Of a stretch of 64,000 bases of DNA, positions 9,980-18,639 are shown piece after piece (position 1 is the first letter of the stretch; every line of letters begins with the position of its first letter). Origin of the DNA: Syntrophaceae bacterium (GTDB taxonomy: Bacteria; Desulfobacterota; Syntrophia; Syntrophales; UBA2185). The notes under the pieces were generated by a model that was not told the DNA's origin, did not search any database, and worked only from the letters and a program-made list of their open reading frames with translations. The position numbers and the translations under genes were made by a program. The stretch is from contig PMBI01000094.1 in the NCBI GenBank assembly GCA_003153775.1, positions 70,959 to 134,958 on the forward strand, in the 5' to 3' direction.

Positions 9980-10760
9980 GGTCACCGGGGGGACAATTGG
10001 GGTTCTGATTATGTCTATGGCAGATGACGTGCTGTGCGAACTCGCCAAAGAACTGGGTGATCTCGCGGGATGTGCAAAAATCTTCGAAGCTCCCATAAAA
10101 AACAATCTTCTTGTCGACGTAGAGGAGCTTTGAAGTGTATCTTCCGATGTTGCCAGTGTCGTGGGTGACAATCACAATAGCAACCTTCTTCTCCTTGTTC
10201 AGAGTCTGCATAATATCGAAGAAACGATCCCTCATTTCCGGATCTAATGCGTCTGTCGGCTCATCGACAATCAGGAATTCAGGATTATTCACAATAGCCC
10301 TGGCAACGAGGACCCTCTGCTGCTGGCCTCCGGAAAGCTCCCCCACGGGGGTGTTTTTTAGTTTCTTCATATCAAGGAGGTCGAGTATACGATCGACCTC
10401 AGCAAGATCAGATCTGTTCATATGTTTGGGGAACTGCTTTTTGGAAAGAAGACCCATGGCGACTACCTCACCGACTGTAGCAGGGAAGCGGGGATTCATT
10501 GCGGCAATGTGTTGCGGCAGGTACCCTATTTTATCCCATCGGGAAAATGCGGCGATGTCATCGCCGAATAGTGTAATCCGGCCGATGTATGGTTTTAGCA
10601 GACCAAGGATGACCTTTACTAAGGTTGTCTTTCCCGAACCGTTGGGTCCGACGAGGCCTATATAATCGCCCTTCTTAATTGAAAATGAGATGCCGGAGAG
10701 GACATCTGACGAGTTATACCGAAATGAAAGATCTTCGACCGTAAGTACATCTATAGGCAT
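9966..10760 (-). CDS. znuC: Metal ABC transporter ATP-binding protein
   Basis: Walker A GPNGSGKTT, signature LSGGQQQR, Walker B LIVDEP. Confidence 0.9.
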   Translation of the reverse strand: MPIDVLTVEDLSFRYNSSDVLSGISFSIKKGDYIGLVGPNGSGKTTLVKVILGLLKPYIGRITLFGDDIAAFSRWDKIGYLPQHIAAMNPRFPATVGEVVAMGLLSKKQFPKHMNRSDLAEVDRILDLLDMKKLKNTPVGELSGGQQQRVLVARAIVNNPEFLIVDEPTDALDPEMRDRFFDIMQTLNKEKKVAIVIVTHDTGNIGRYTSKLLYVDKKIVFYGSFEDFCTSREITQFFGEFAQHVICHRHNQNPNCPPGDHGTD

Positions 10761-11704
10761 TGTAATCCCGCCTTGAGGTTTTCCAGATTTTTTTCCATCA
10801 GCGAAACAAATGTAACCCCGCTTTCCATTTCTTCTCTGGTCACATTATGGGCACCATGGAGCATCAGCAAACCGCACCCCGTCTCCTTCGCAATTACGTT
10901 CGCCATCTTTGGGGTCACAAGTTCCTCATAATATATGTATTTGACCCCGTACCTTCTCACAATCTTGGTGATTTCGACAAGTCGCTTGGGTGTTGGCTCT
11001 GCATCCGGAGAAAAACCTTTATACGCAGACATATACGTAATGCCATACCGTTTTGCGAGATAGCCAAAAGCAAAGTGTCCGGCATGGACGATCACTCTGT
11101 TTTTACAGTGCGCTAATGTATTCTTATACTTTTTGTCGAGCTCCTCAAGCCTTTTCTTGTATTCATCGGCGTTTTTCAGATAGAACTCTTTGCCCTGAGG
11201 ATCTTTGGCAATAAGCTGAGATGCAATCGTATCAACCATTTTCATTGCATTGGAAAGGTCAAGCCAGATATGGGGATCAGCGGTTGCGGATTCGTGCGTA
11301 TGGGCGTGTTCCTCATCACCATGATTATCGGATCTTTGCAATAGGATAATGCCCTGGCTCGTGTCGATTACAGTGAGGCTTCTCGTGTCAATGCCCTTTA
11401 ACAGGCCGGCGACCCAGGGCTCCATGAATTTGTTGGTAAAAAGAAAAATGTCCGCATCTTGGATACGCTTTATGTCAGCAGGCCTCGGTTCAAAGGCATG
11501 AGCTTCCACCCCCGGCGGCAGCAGCAAGTTTACTTCTATCCGTTCACGCCCTATTTGCCTGGCAAAATCATAGAGTGGAAAAATAGTAGTTACAACCTTG
11601 ATCTTTTTCTCTTTCACCGTGATATTTTCGTTCTTCCCGCAGGCTGGAAAAAACAGGAACGTCAGAATCGTAATTGTCAAGATGGGCAAGAATGCTTTCT
11701 TCAT
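10751..11704 (-). CDS. znuA: Metal ABC transporter substrate-binding lipoprotein (ZnuA-like)
   Basis: Lipobox FFPAC. His/acid-rich loop SDNHGDEEHAHTHESATADPH, typical of Zn-specific cluster A-I SBPs. Confidence 0.85.
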   Translation of the reverse strand: MKKAFLPILTITILTFLFFPACGKNENITVKEKKIKVVTTIFPLYDFARQIGRERIEVNLLLPPGVEAHAFEPRPADIKRIQDADIFLFTNKFMEPWVAGLLKGIDTRSLTVIDTSQGIILLQRSDNHGDEEHAHTHESATADPHIWLDLSNAMKMVDTIASQLIAKDPQGKEFYLKNADEYKKRLEELDKKYKNTLAHCKNRVIVHAGHFAFGYLAKRYGITYMSAYKGFSPDAEPTPKRLVEITKIVRRYGVKYIYYEELVTPKMANVIAKETGCGLLMLHGAHNVTREEMESGVTFVSLMEKNLENLKAGLQCL

Positions 11705-11885
11705 TTCTCCTCTTTACCGTGAGTGATGAAATCCTGATTCTCTGGGTTGCTCTCGGCCTGCATTTTGGGCAATACTCCCTACAATGTTCCTCTTAGCAAA
11801 AATAGAACTCCTTTGCAAATTTCTCATGCTGTGAATAGATGATTTTTCTTGACAAAGCAGATAATTAGTATCAGAGTGAGCGTCA

Positions 11886-11900
11886 ATTCATAATATGAAT
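11886..11900. promoter_or_regulatory. Perfect 15-bp palindrome, candidate TetR operator
   Basis: ATTCATAATATGAAT lies 15 nt upstream of the tetR start and downstream of a TTGACA box at about 11859. Confidence 0.35.
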
Positions 11901-11914
11901 AGCCATTCTATTAC

Positions 11915-12556
11915 TTGAACGTTAGCCCCGAGATGGAAAAATCAAAAAGAAAAGAGATGGAATTTCAACTCCGCCGGGCGGAAATTCTCAGTCAGGCGGA
12001 AAAGATATTTGCTGCGAAGGGATTCCATAATGCGACCATGGCGGAGATTGCCGACGCTGCCGGTTTTGCCACTGGCACTCTGTATCAATTCTTTGAGGGC
12101 AAGGAAACCCTGTACAATGTCATGGTAAGCGAGAAGATTGACAGGATGCACTCCGAAATCAGGGACTCCGTCAGCAAGGAAGAGAAACTCACGGATAAGA
12201 TCGAGAAACTGGTAGCATCACATTTTCACTTTGTGGAGAACAACGTCGCTTTCTGCGACCTTCTTATACGCGGCGAAGGCTTGACCCTCTCGGATAAGGG
12301 GACGATTTTGAGGGATAAGCTAATAGCAGACTATTTTAACCATGTCTCTTTTGTGGAAAGCATCATGCGCTCCGGGATGGAGACAAGAACCTTGAAGAGC
12401 GGTGATCCGCGCATGATGGCTTATACACTTTTGGGCATCATCCGCTCATTCTTTTATTACTGGATGCTTACAGATCAGGATACTCCGTTGAGTGATAAGG
12501 TGGCTTGCGTCTCGGACATCTTTCTCAAAGGAGCAGGGTTGGAGTTGCCGGGATGA
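11915..12556 (+). CDS. TetR/AcrR family transcriptional regulator
   Basis: N-terminal HTH (FAAKGFHNATMAEIADAAGFATGTLYQFF). The stop overlaps the start of the downstream efflux OMF gene (ATGA). Confidence 0.85.
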   Translation: MNVSPEMEKSKRKEMEFQLRRAEILSQAEKIFAAKGFHNATMAEIADAAGFATGTLYQFFEGKETLYNVMVSEKIDRMHSEIRDSVSKEEKLTDKIEKLVASHFHFVENNVAFCDLLIRGEGLTLSDKGTILRDKLIADYFNHVSFVESIMRSGMETRTLKSGDPRMMAYTLLGIIRSFFYYWMLTDQDTPLSDKVACVSDIFLKGAGLELPG

Positions 12557-13866
12557 AGGATTGGCGGCTTTCCTTAGCGGTCGGCATTTTACTGGTCGTG
12601 AATGCGGCGGCAATGCCCATCTACGCGCATGCGAAAGAATATTCTCTTGATGAACTGTATCGTATCGCCCTCGAACGCGCTGAGAGGATTAAGCTGTCGG
12701 AAGAAGACCTGAATATAGCCAAGACGGGCAGAGACAGGGCCTTGTCATTCTTGCTGCCCAAATTATCGGCGTTTGGCAATTACACGAAATACACCACAGA
12801 AAAATACAATGATACAGGAACGCTGCTGCAGCCGGATAATGCAACATCCTGGGGTGTGCGGGCTGATGAATCTGTGTCGTTAAGCGGAAGAGAATTTACG
12901 GCACTTGGCATCTCACGGGAGAACATTGTAAAGAGCCAGCATGACCTTTATGCCACGAGGGAAGGCTACCTCTTGAGCATCGCCTCGGCGTACTATGATG
13001 TTATGAAGACTAAGAAGGCCTTGGATATCGCCGAGGCGAATCTGGAGAGGCTTCTCAAATATAGAAATGCAGCGGAAAAGCGGTTGAAGGTTGGGGAGGT
13101 GACAAAGACAGTGCTGCTCCGCGCGCAGGGGGAACTTTCCGGCGCTCAGGCCGATGCCATTAAGGCAATAAATGCACTGCAGCTTGCGAAAGCCGTTCTC
13201 GCAAGGACTGTCGGTATCGAAGGAGACTTTCAGCTGAAAGAAGCGCCCCCGGAGGACATGAAGGTTACTCCTGAATCTTCCTTCCAGGAGTTGGCGTTCT
13301 CCGGGAGGGCGGATCTCAAGAGTCTTGAAATACAAAAAAAGATGGCGGAAGAACAGGTGAAGTATGCCAAGGGTGCATTCTGGCCGTCGCTCTCAGCTTC
13401 CGGGGTCTACTCATCTGCCGACCAGTCGCCGGCAACGCAGACACTGGTGAGAGACAGCACTTACGGGCTCCTGTCTTTAAATTTTCCCTTCTTCGAAGGG
13501 GGACTCAGAAGAGCGGATGTTAGGGAGGCCCGGGCAAGGGAGCGTCAATCTGCGCTTGCCTACGAAGACTTCAAGAAGTCCGTAGGGATCGAGGTTGCAA
13601 GTGCGTATCTCGACCTTGTAACGCAAAAGGGGACCCTCAAATACCTGGAAGACCAGGTTGTCTATGCGAGGGACAATTTCAATGCCGTCGCCAAGCAGTT
13701 CGAGTTTGGATTGGCACAAAGCCTTGATGTAATGGATGCTAATACATTGCTCGTCACAGCGGAAAGGAATCTCTCAGAGGCAGTATATAATTATCAGGTT
13801 GCCATTCTGAAGATGAAGAAAGCAACGGGGACACTTCTGAAAGCAGTTGTGGGTGACCGGTCGTAA
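12553..13866 (+). CDS. TolC-family outer membrane efflux protein
   Basis: Signal peptide (MKDWRLSLAVGILLVVNAAAMPIYAHA). Two OEP-type repeats (LDELYRIALERAERIK..; LKSLEIQKKMAEEQVKYAKG..). Confidence 0.85.
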   Translation: MKDWRLSLAVGILLVVNAAAMPIYAHAKEYSLDELYRIALERAERIKLSEEDLNIAKTGRDRALSFLLPKLSAFGNYTKYTTEKYNDTGTLLQPDNATSWGVRADESVSLSGREFTALGISRENIVKSQHDLYATREGYLLSIASAYYDVMKTKKALDIAEANLERLLKYRNAAEKRLKVGEVTKTVLLRAQGELSGAQADAIKAINALQLAKAVLARTVGIEGDFQLKEAPPEDMKVTPESSFQELAFSGRADLKSLEIQKKMAEEQVKYAKGAFWPSLSASGVYSSADQSPATQTLVRDSTYGLLSLNFPFFEGGLRRADVREARARERQSALAYEDFKKSVGIEVASAYLDLVTQKGTLKYLEDQVVYARDNFNAVAKQFEFGLAQSLDVMDANTLLVTAERNLSEAVYNYQVAILKMKKATGTLLKAVVGDRS

Positions 13867-14001
13867 GAAGCGTAAATCTATACGGCGTCGTAGTCCTGCA
13901 CTGAAATTGTGAATGTATTGCCGCAAGGCCGCAGCGTAAAGTAATTTTTTTTGTTACAGTAAATAAAGAGGTATGCATGAGGCAAGATAGGTGAAAACAA
14001 T

Positions 14002-15120
14002 ATGACTGATGGTTCTTCAAAGAGTTTGGTTGTCAACTTGGGCAGATGGTTAATTTTTTTATTTGTTGCTGCCGGCTTAATCTATGGCTGCTCTAAGAAG
14101 GAAAAACCCGTCCCTCCTCCGGTGCCGGTTGTAGTAGCTTCAGCAGTGGAGAAGACAATTCCCGTGCAGATCAATGCGATCGGGAATGTCGAACCCTATC
14201 AGACCATATCTGTGAAAGCACAAATTACCGGAGAAATAAAGAAGGTCAATTTCAAGGAAGGCCAGGACGTTGGCAACGGATATCTTCTCTTTGAACTCGA
14301 CTGCCGTCCGTATCTGGAGGCTGTAAAGCAGGCAGAGGCCAATCTGGCAAGGGATGAGGCCCAGGCAAAAAACGCTCAGCTGGACTTGGAGCGGTATACG
14401 GCCCTTCTGGAGGAACAATTTGTCACGAGACAACAGTATGACCAGGTGCGTACAAATGCAGCCGCCCTGGCAGCCACTTTGAAGGCTGATAAGGCTGTCA
14501 TTGAGAATAATCGCGTCCAGGTCCATTACTGCTCCATTCATTCCCCTATTAGCGGACGGACGGGATCACTGAAGCTGAACCAAGGGAATATCGTGAGGGC
14601 CAATGACGTGGAATTGGTTGTCATCAACCAGATCCAGCCTATCTATGTCACATTCACCATCAACGAGAAGGATTTGCCCGCAGTTAAGAAATACCAGGCG
14701 AATGAAAAACTCAAAGTGGAAGCCTTTACCTCGAAAGATGAACGCCCCGAGCAAGGTCTGCTTACCTTCATAGACAACGCAGTAAATAAAGTGACGGGGA
14801 CCATCCTCCTCAAGGGAACTTTCGCCAACAGCGAAAAGCGTCTTTGGCCCGGTCAGTTCGTTACCGTAGTCTTGACGCTGAGAAAAGAGCCCAACGCTAT
14901 AATGATTCCTTCACAAGCTATTCAGACAGGGCAATCAGGGCAATACATATTTGTCATCAAGCCGGATCTCACAGCCGAGATGAGACCTGTCACGATAGGA
15001 GCCTCGATTGGCGGAGAAACTGCCGTAGTGAAAGGGATGCAGGCGGGAGAGCGCGTAGTTACGGATGGTCAATTGCGGATCATACCGGGGGCTCAGGTGA
15101 CGATTAAAGAGACGCCTTGA
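14002..15120 (+). CDS. RND efflux periplasmic adaptor (membrane fusion protein)
   Basis: N-terminal anchor/lipobox (LIYGC), coiled-coil hairpin and beta-barrel segments. HlyD/AcrA-like. Confidence 0.9.
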   Translation: MTDGSSKSLVVNLGRWLIFLFVAAGLIYGCSKKEKPVPPPVPVVVASAVEKTIPVQINAIGNVEPYQTISVKAQITGEIKKVNFKEGQDVGNGYLLFELDCRPYLEAVKQAEANLARDEAQAKNAQLDLERYTALLEEQFVTRQQYDQVRTNAAALAATLKADKAVIENNRVQVHYCSIHSPISGRTGSLKLNQGNIVRANDVELVVINQIQPIYVTFTINEKDLPAVKKYQANEKLKVEAFTSKDERPEQGLLTFIDNAVNKVTGTILLKGTFANSEKRLWPGQFVTVVLTLRKEPNAIMIPSQAIQTGQSGQYIFVIKPDLTAEMRPVTIGASIGGETAVVKGMQAGERVVTDGQLRIIPGAQVTIKETP

Positions 15121-15142
15121 GTAAGTACGGGAAAGTGTCCAC

Positions 15143-18100
15143 ATGAATCTTTCAGAGATATTTATACGCCGGCCTATCATGACAACGCTCGTCATGACGG
15201 CGATACTCCTCTTCGGCGCAGTAGCCTACCGTTCCCTTCCTGTCAGCGATCTTCCTAATGTGGACTTTCCTACGATCCTTGTTACTGTCAACCTGCCGGG
15301 CGCGAGCCCGGAAACGATGGCTTCGACCTGTGCAACACCCCTTGAAAAACAATTTTCCACCATTGCCGGCCTCGATTCCATGAACTCGACAAACGGTCTC
15401 GGCATCAGCAAGATTACCCTGCAATTCAATCTGAGCAGGAGCATTGATGCGGCAGCGCAGGACGTCCAAACTGCCATATCCACAGCGGCGAGCCAGCTCC
15501 CGCAAAACATGCCGACTCCCCCGACATTCAGGAAAGTAAACCCGGCAGATCAGCCGGTACTTTATCTCGCCATGAGTACGGCGACCTTGCCCCTCTCAAC
15601 TGTTGACGAATATGCGGAGAATCTTCTTGCCCAGCGTATTTCGATGATCAGTGGCGTAGCTGAGGTGATGGTGTATGGGGCACAGAAGTATGCCGTCCGC
15701 GCCCGTCTTGATCCTAAAGCTTTGGCTTCGAGAGGGATCGGTATTGATGAGGTGACAGGTGCGATCGCATCAGGGAATGTCAATCTTCCCACTGGCACCC
15801 TCTGGGGAACCCACCAGGCCTTTACCGTGCAGGCCACGGGACAGCTGAATGATGCAGCGGCTTACCGGCCTCTGATTGTAGCTTATCGCGGCGGGTCGCC
15901 GGTCAGGCTCGGGGAACTCGGTCGTGTCATCGACAGCGTCCAGAACGATAAGGTCGCCGCTTGGTTTAGCGGCACCCGGGCCATTGTTCTCGCCATACTT
16001 CGCCAGCCGGGAACCAATACAATCGAGGTCGTGCAGTCCATAAAGGATATTCTTCCCAGCTTTCGTGCAGACCTTCCGGCGTCGGTGAATCTCGACATCC
16101 TCTATGACCGATCCGTGCCTATAAAAGACTCGGTTCACGACGTTCAGTTTACGTTGTTCTTGGCCCTGGGCCTTGTCATTATCGTGATTTTTGTCTTTCT
16201 CCGCAACCTTTCCGCTACGATCATCCCGAGCCTTGCCTTGCCGATGTCTATCGTAGGGACCTTTGCAGTAATGTATCTTTGCGGTTATAGCCTCGATAAC
16301 CTGTCGCTGATGGCCCTCACGCTGTGCGTCGGGTTTGTGGTCGACGACGCCATCGTCATGCTGGAGAATATCGTCCGACACATGGAGCAGGGTGAAGGGG
16401 TAATGGAAGCGGCCCTCAAAGGATCGCGTGAGATAAGCTTTACCATACTTTCTATGACACTTTCACTCGTTGCAGTGTTCATTCCGGTTCTCTTCATGGG
16501 GGGTATCGTCGGCAGGCTGCTTCATGAGTTTGCCGTCACTATCGCCGTTGCGGTTCTCATCTCCGGATTTGTATCACTCACATTGACGCCCATGCTGTGC
16601 AGCCGTTTTCTCCGTCCTCCTGGCGAAGTGAAACATGGCCGTCTCTACCAGATCTTCGAACGGTTCTTCGAGGGCATGCGCGGTGCGTATGAGATAAGCC
16701 TTAGGTGGGCTTTGCGTTACAGGCGGTTGACTCTCGTCGTATCCGTTCTGTTCTTGGTGGCAGTTATCATACTCTATTTCTACACGCCCAAAGGATTCCT
16801 TCCCAGCGAAGATACAGGTCAGATTTTTTGTTTTACGGAAGCGTCGGAAGACATATCCTTTCAATCGCTGATGGCGCACCAACAGAAGCTTGCCGAGATT
16901 GTGCAGCAGGACCCGAACGTCAGCAACTTCATGTCAAGCGTAGGTGCCGTGGGCAGTACGGTTGCATCCAACATCGGCCGTATGTTTATCCGCCTGAAAC
17001 CGCGGAACGAACGCTCGCTTAGCGCGGATCAGGTGATTCAGGAACTGAGACCCAAGCTTGCTACGGTTCCGGGGATAAGGGTATTTATGCAAAACCCGCC
17101 GCCCATAAATGTCGGCGGGCTTCTAACGAAGAGCCAATACCAGTACACCCTCCAGAGCGCGGACATCAGCGAGCTTTATAAATTCGCGCCCGTCTTGGAG
17201 GCAAAACTCCGGGCGCTGCCGGGCTTTCTGGATGTGACGAGTGACCTGCAGATCAAGAGCCCTCAGATATATGTCAGGATCGACAGAGATAAGGCCTCGG
17301 CCCTCGGCCTCAGTGCCGGTCAGATTGAGGATGCCCTCTCCAGTGCATACTCATCCCGTCAGATCTCAACGATCTATGCGCCGACAAACCAGTACTGGGT
17401 CATTGTCGAACTTGAGCCGGAGTACCAGCTGGAGCCCTCCGCCCTTTCTCTTCTTTACGTCCGATCCTCTTCCGGCAACCTCGTTCCCCTCGGCACGGTG
17501 GCGGCTTTGGACCGAACCGTAGGTCCCCTTACTGTCAATCACCTCGGTCAACTACCGGCTGTGACCATCTCCTTCAATTTGGCGCTCGGGAAATCGCTTG
17601 GCGATGCCGTGACCGGTGTGGAGAAGACGTCGAGGGAAGTTCTGCCTGCAACAATAACCGGTAGTTTGCAGGGCACAGCCCAGGCCTTCAAGTCATCTAT
17701 GGCGGGGCTCGGGATACTGATCCTCGTTGCCATCCTGGTAATTTACATCGTGCTCGGCATTCTTTACGAGAGCTACATCCATCCGATTACAATACTTTCA
17801 GGATTGCCCTCTGCGGGACTCGGGGCGCTACTGACGCTGCTGCTCTTTCATATTGATCTCAATCTGTATGCCCTGGTGGGCATCATCATGCTGATAGGCA
17901 TTGTCAAGAAGAATGCAATCATGATGATCGATTTTGCTTTGGATGCGGAAAGGAAGGAAGGCAAGACACCGGAGGAAGCGATCTTTCAGGGCGCGCTCAT
18001 TCGTTTCCGTCCGATCATGATGACAACCATGTCTGCTCTCATGGCGACATTGCCCATTGCCCTCGGCCTGGGTGCAGGCGCCGAATCGCGGCGACCACTG

Positions 18101-18235
18101 GGAATGGCCGTCGTCGGCGGTCTCATATTCTCACAGATCGTGACCCTTTATATTTCTCCCGTCATATATATCTATCTCGACTCATTCCAGAAAGCGGCGC
18201 GGGGATATTTGCGCCGTTTTCGCGGCACAGCTTAA
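15143..18235 (+). CDS. RND (AcrB/HAE1-type) efflux pump inner-membrane subunit
   Basis: 1030 aa. The MNLSEIFIRRPIMTTLVM start and 12-TM/2-loop architecture are typical of AcrB-family pumps. Confidence 0.95.
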   Translation: MNLSEIFIRRPIMTTLVMTAILLFGAVAYRSLPVSDLPNVDFPTILVTVNLPGASPETMASTCATPLEKQFSTIAGLDSMNSTNGLGISKITLQFNLSRSIDAAAQDVQTAISTAASQLPQNMPTPPTFRKVNPADQPVLYLAMSTATLPLSTVDEYAENLLAQRISMISGVAEVMVYGAQKYAVRARLDPKALASRGIGIDEVTGAIASGNVNLPTGTLWGTHQAFTVQATGQLNDAAAYRPLIVAYRGGSPVRLGELGRVIDSVQNDKVAAWFSGTRAIVLAILRQPGTNTIEVVQSIKDILPSFRADLPASVNLDILYDRSVPIKDSVHDVQFTLFLALGLVIIVIFVFLRNLSATIIPSLALPMSIVGTFAVMYLCGYSLDNLSLMALTLCVGFVVDDAIVMLENIVRHMEQGEGVMEAALKGSREISFTILSMTLSLVAVFIPVLFMGGIVGRLLHEFAVTIAVAVLISGFVSLTLTPMLCSRFLRPPGEVKHGRLYQIFERFFEGMRGAYEISLRWALRYRRLTLVVSVLFLVAVIILYFYTPKGFLPSEDTGQIFCFTEASEDISFQSLMAHQQKLAEIVQQDPNVSNFMSSVGAVGSTVASNIGRMFIRLKPRNERSLSADQVIQELRPKLATVPGIRVFMQNPPPINVGGLLTKSQYQYTLQSADISELYKFAPVLEAKLRALPGFLDVTSDLQIKSPQIYVRIDRDKASALGLSAGQIEDALSSAYSSRQISTIYAPTNQYWVIVELEPEYQLEPSALSLLYVRSSSGNLVPLGTVAALDRTVGPLTVNHLGQLPAVTISFNLALGKSLGDAVTGVEKTSREVLPATITGSLQGTAQAFKSSMAGLGILILVAILVIYIVLGILYESYIHPITILSGLPSAGLGALLTLLLFHIDLNLYALVGIIMLIGIVKKNAIMMIDFALDAERKEGKTPEEAIFQGALIRFRPIMMTTMSALMATLPIALGLGAGAESRRPLGMAVVGGLIFSQIVTLYISPVIYIYLDSFQKAARGYLRRFRGTA

Positions 18236-18275
18236 GCCAGTCTTCCATTGCCTGAAGCCGGGTGCGGCAGTTTGT

Positions 18276-18321
18276 GGCGTGCTCACACGTCGGAGCACGC
18301 TCCGCTGGAGCGTGTGCGTCC
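18276..18321. repeat. Three-arm inverted repeat (mutually exclusive hairpins) after the RND gene
   Basis: GCGTGCTC (18277-84) pairs with GAGCACGC (18293-300). CACGCTCC (18296-303) pairs with GGAGCGTG (18307-14). The middle arm is shared, and no T-tract follows. Confidence 0.5.
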
Positions 18322-18520
18322 ATATAGAAATAGATAACACCTGCAATCACAGAATGACGGATTTACCTATTCAAGATACCGAAATTGCGTGCGGTTATTG
18401 TTGACACAAGAGTTGCTCTGAAAGCCGGACATAATTTTCAAAGCATGGGCAACGGATTCTTTTGCGATTTTCAGGGTTAGGAATGAAAAATTTCTTGCTT
18501 GTCGCAATATTTTCTGGAAT

Positions 18521-18549
18521 TTGCCCGGTACTCTGGTAAAAAATATGAT
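18521..18549 (+). promoter_or_regulatory. Candidate sigma-70 promoter of the kinase operon
   Basis: TTGCCC, 17-nt spacer, TATGAT. Confidence 0.35.
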
Positions 18550-18639
18550 ATAGTGTCTGCGAATTTTAAAGGCATTGTCGCAGGAAATAACTATGGGTGA
18601 GCGGCTAAGCGTATTTTCTCCTGTCCTTATACGACAACA

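Noticed and set aside
9980-10171. 64-codon N-terminal extension of the znuB ORF
   Set aside because: It overlaps the znuC coding region in another frame, is Ser/Thr/Pro-rich and low-complexity, and the internal ATG gives a typical ABC-3 permease start.
15152-17733. Series of 60-200-aa ORFs (both strands and frames) inside the RND pump gene, e.g. 15770..16381 minus
   Set aside because: All are embedded in a 1030-aa gene with clear AcrB-family sequence. They are Arg/Pro/Ser-rich translations typical of off-frame GC-rich coding DNA.
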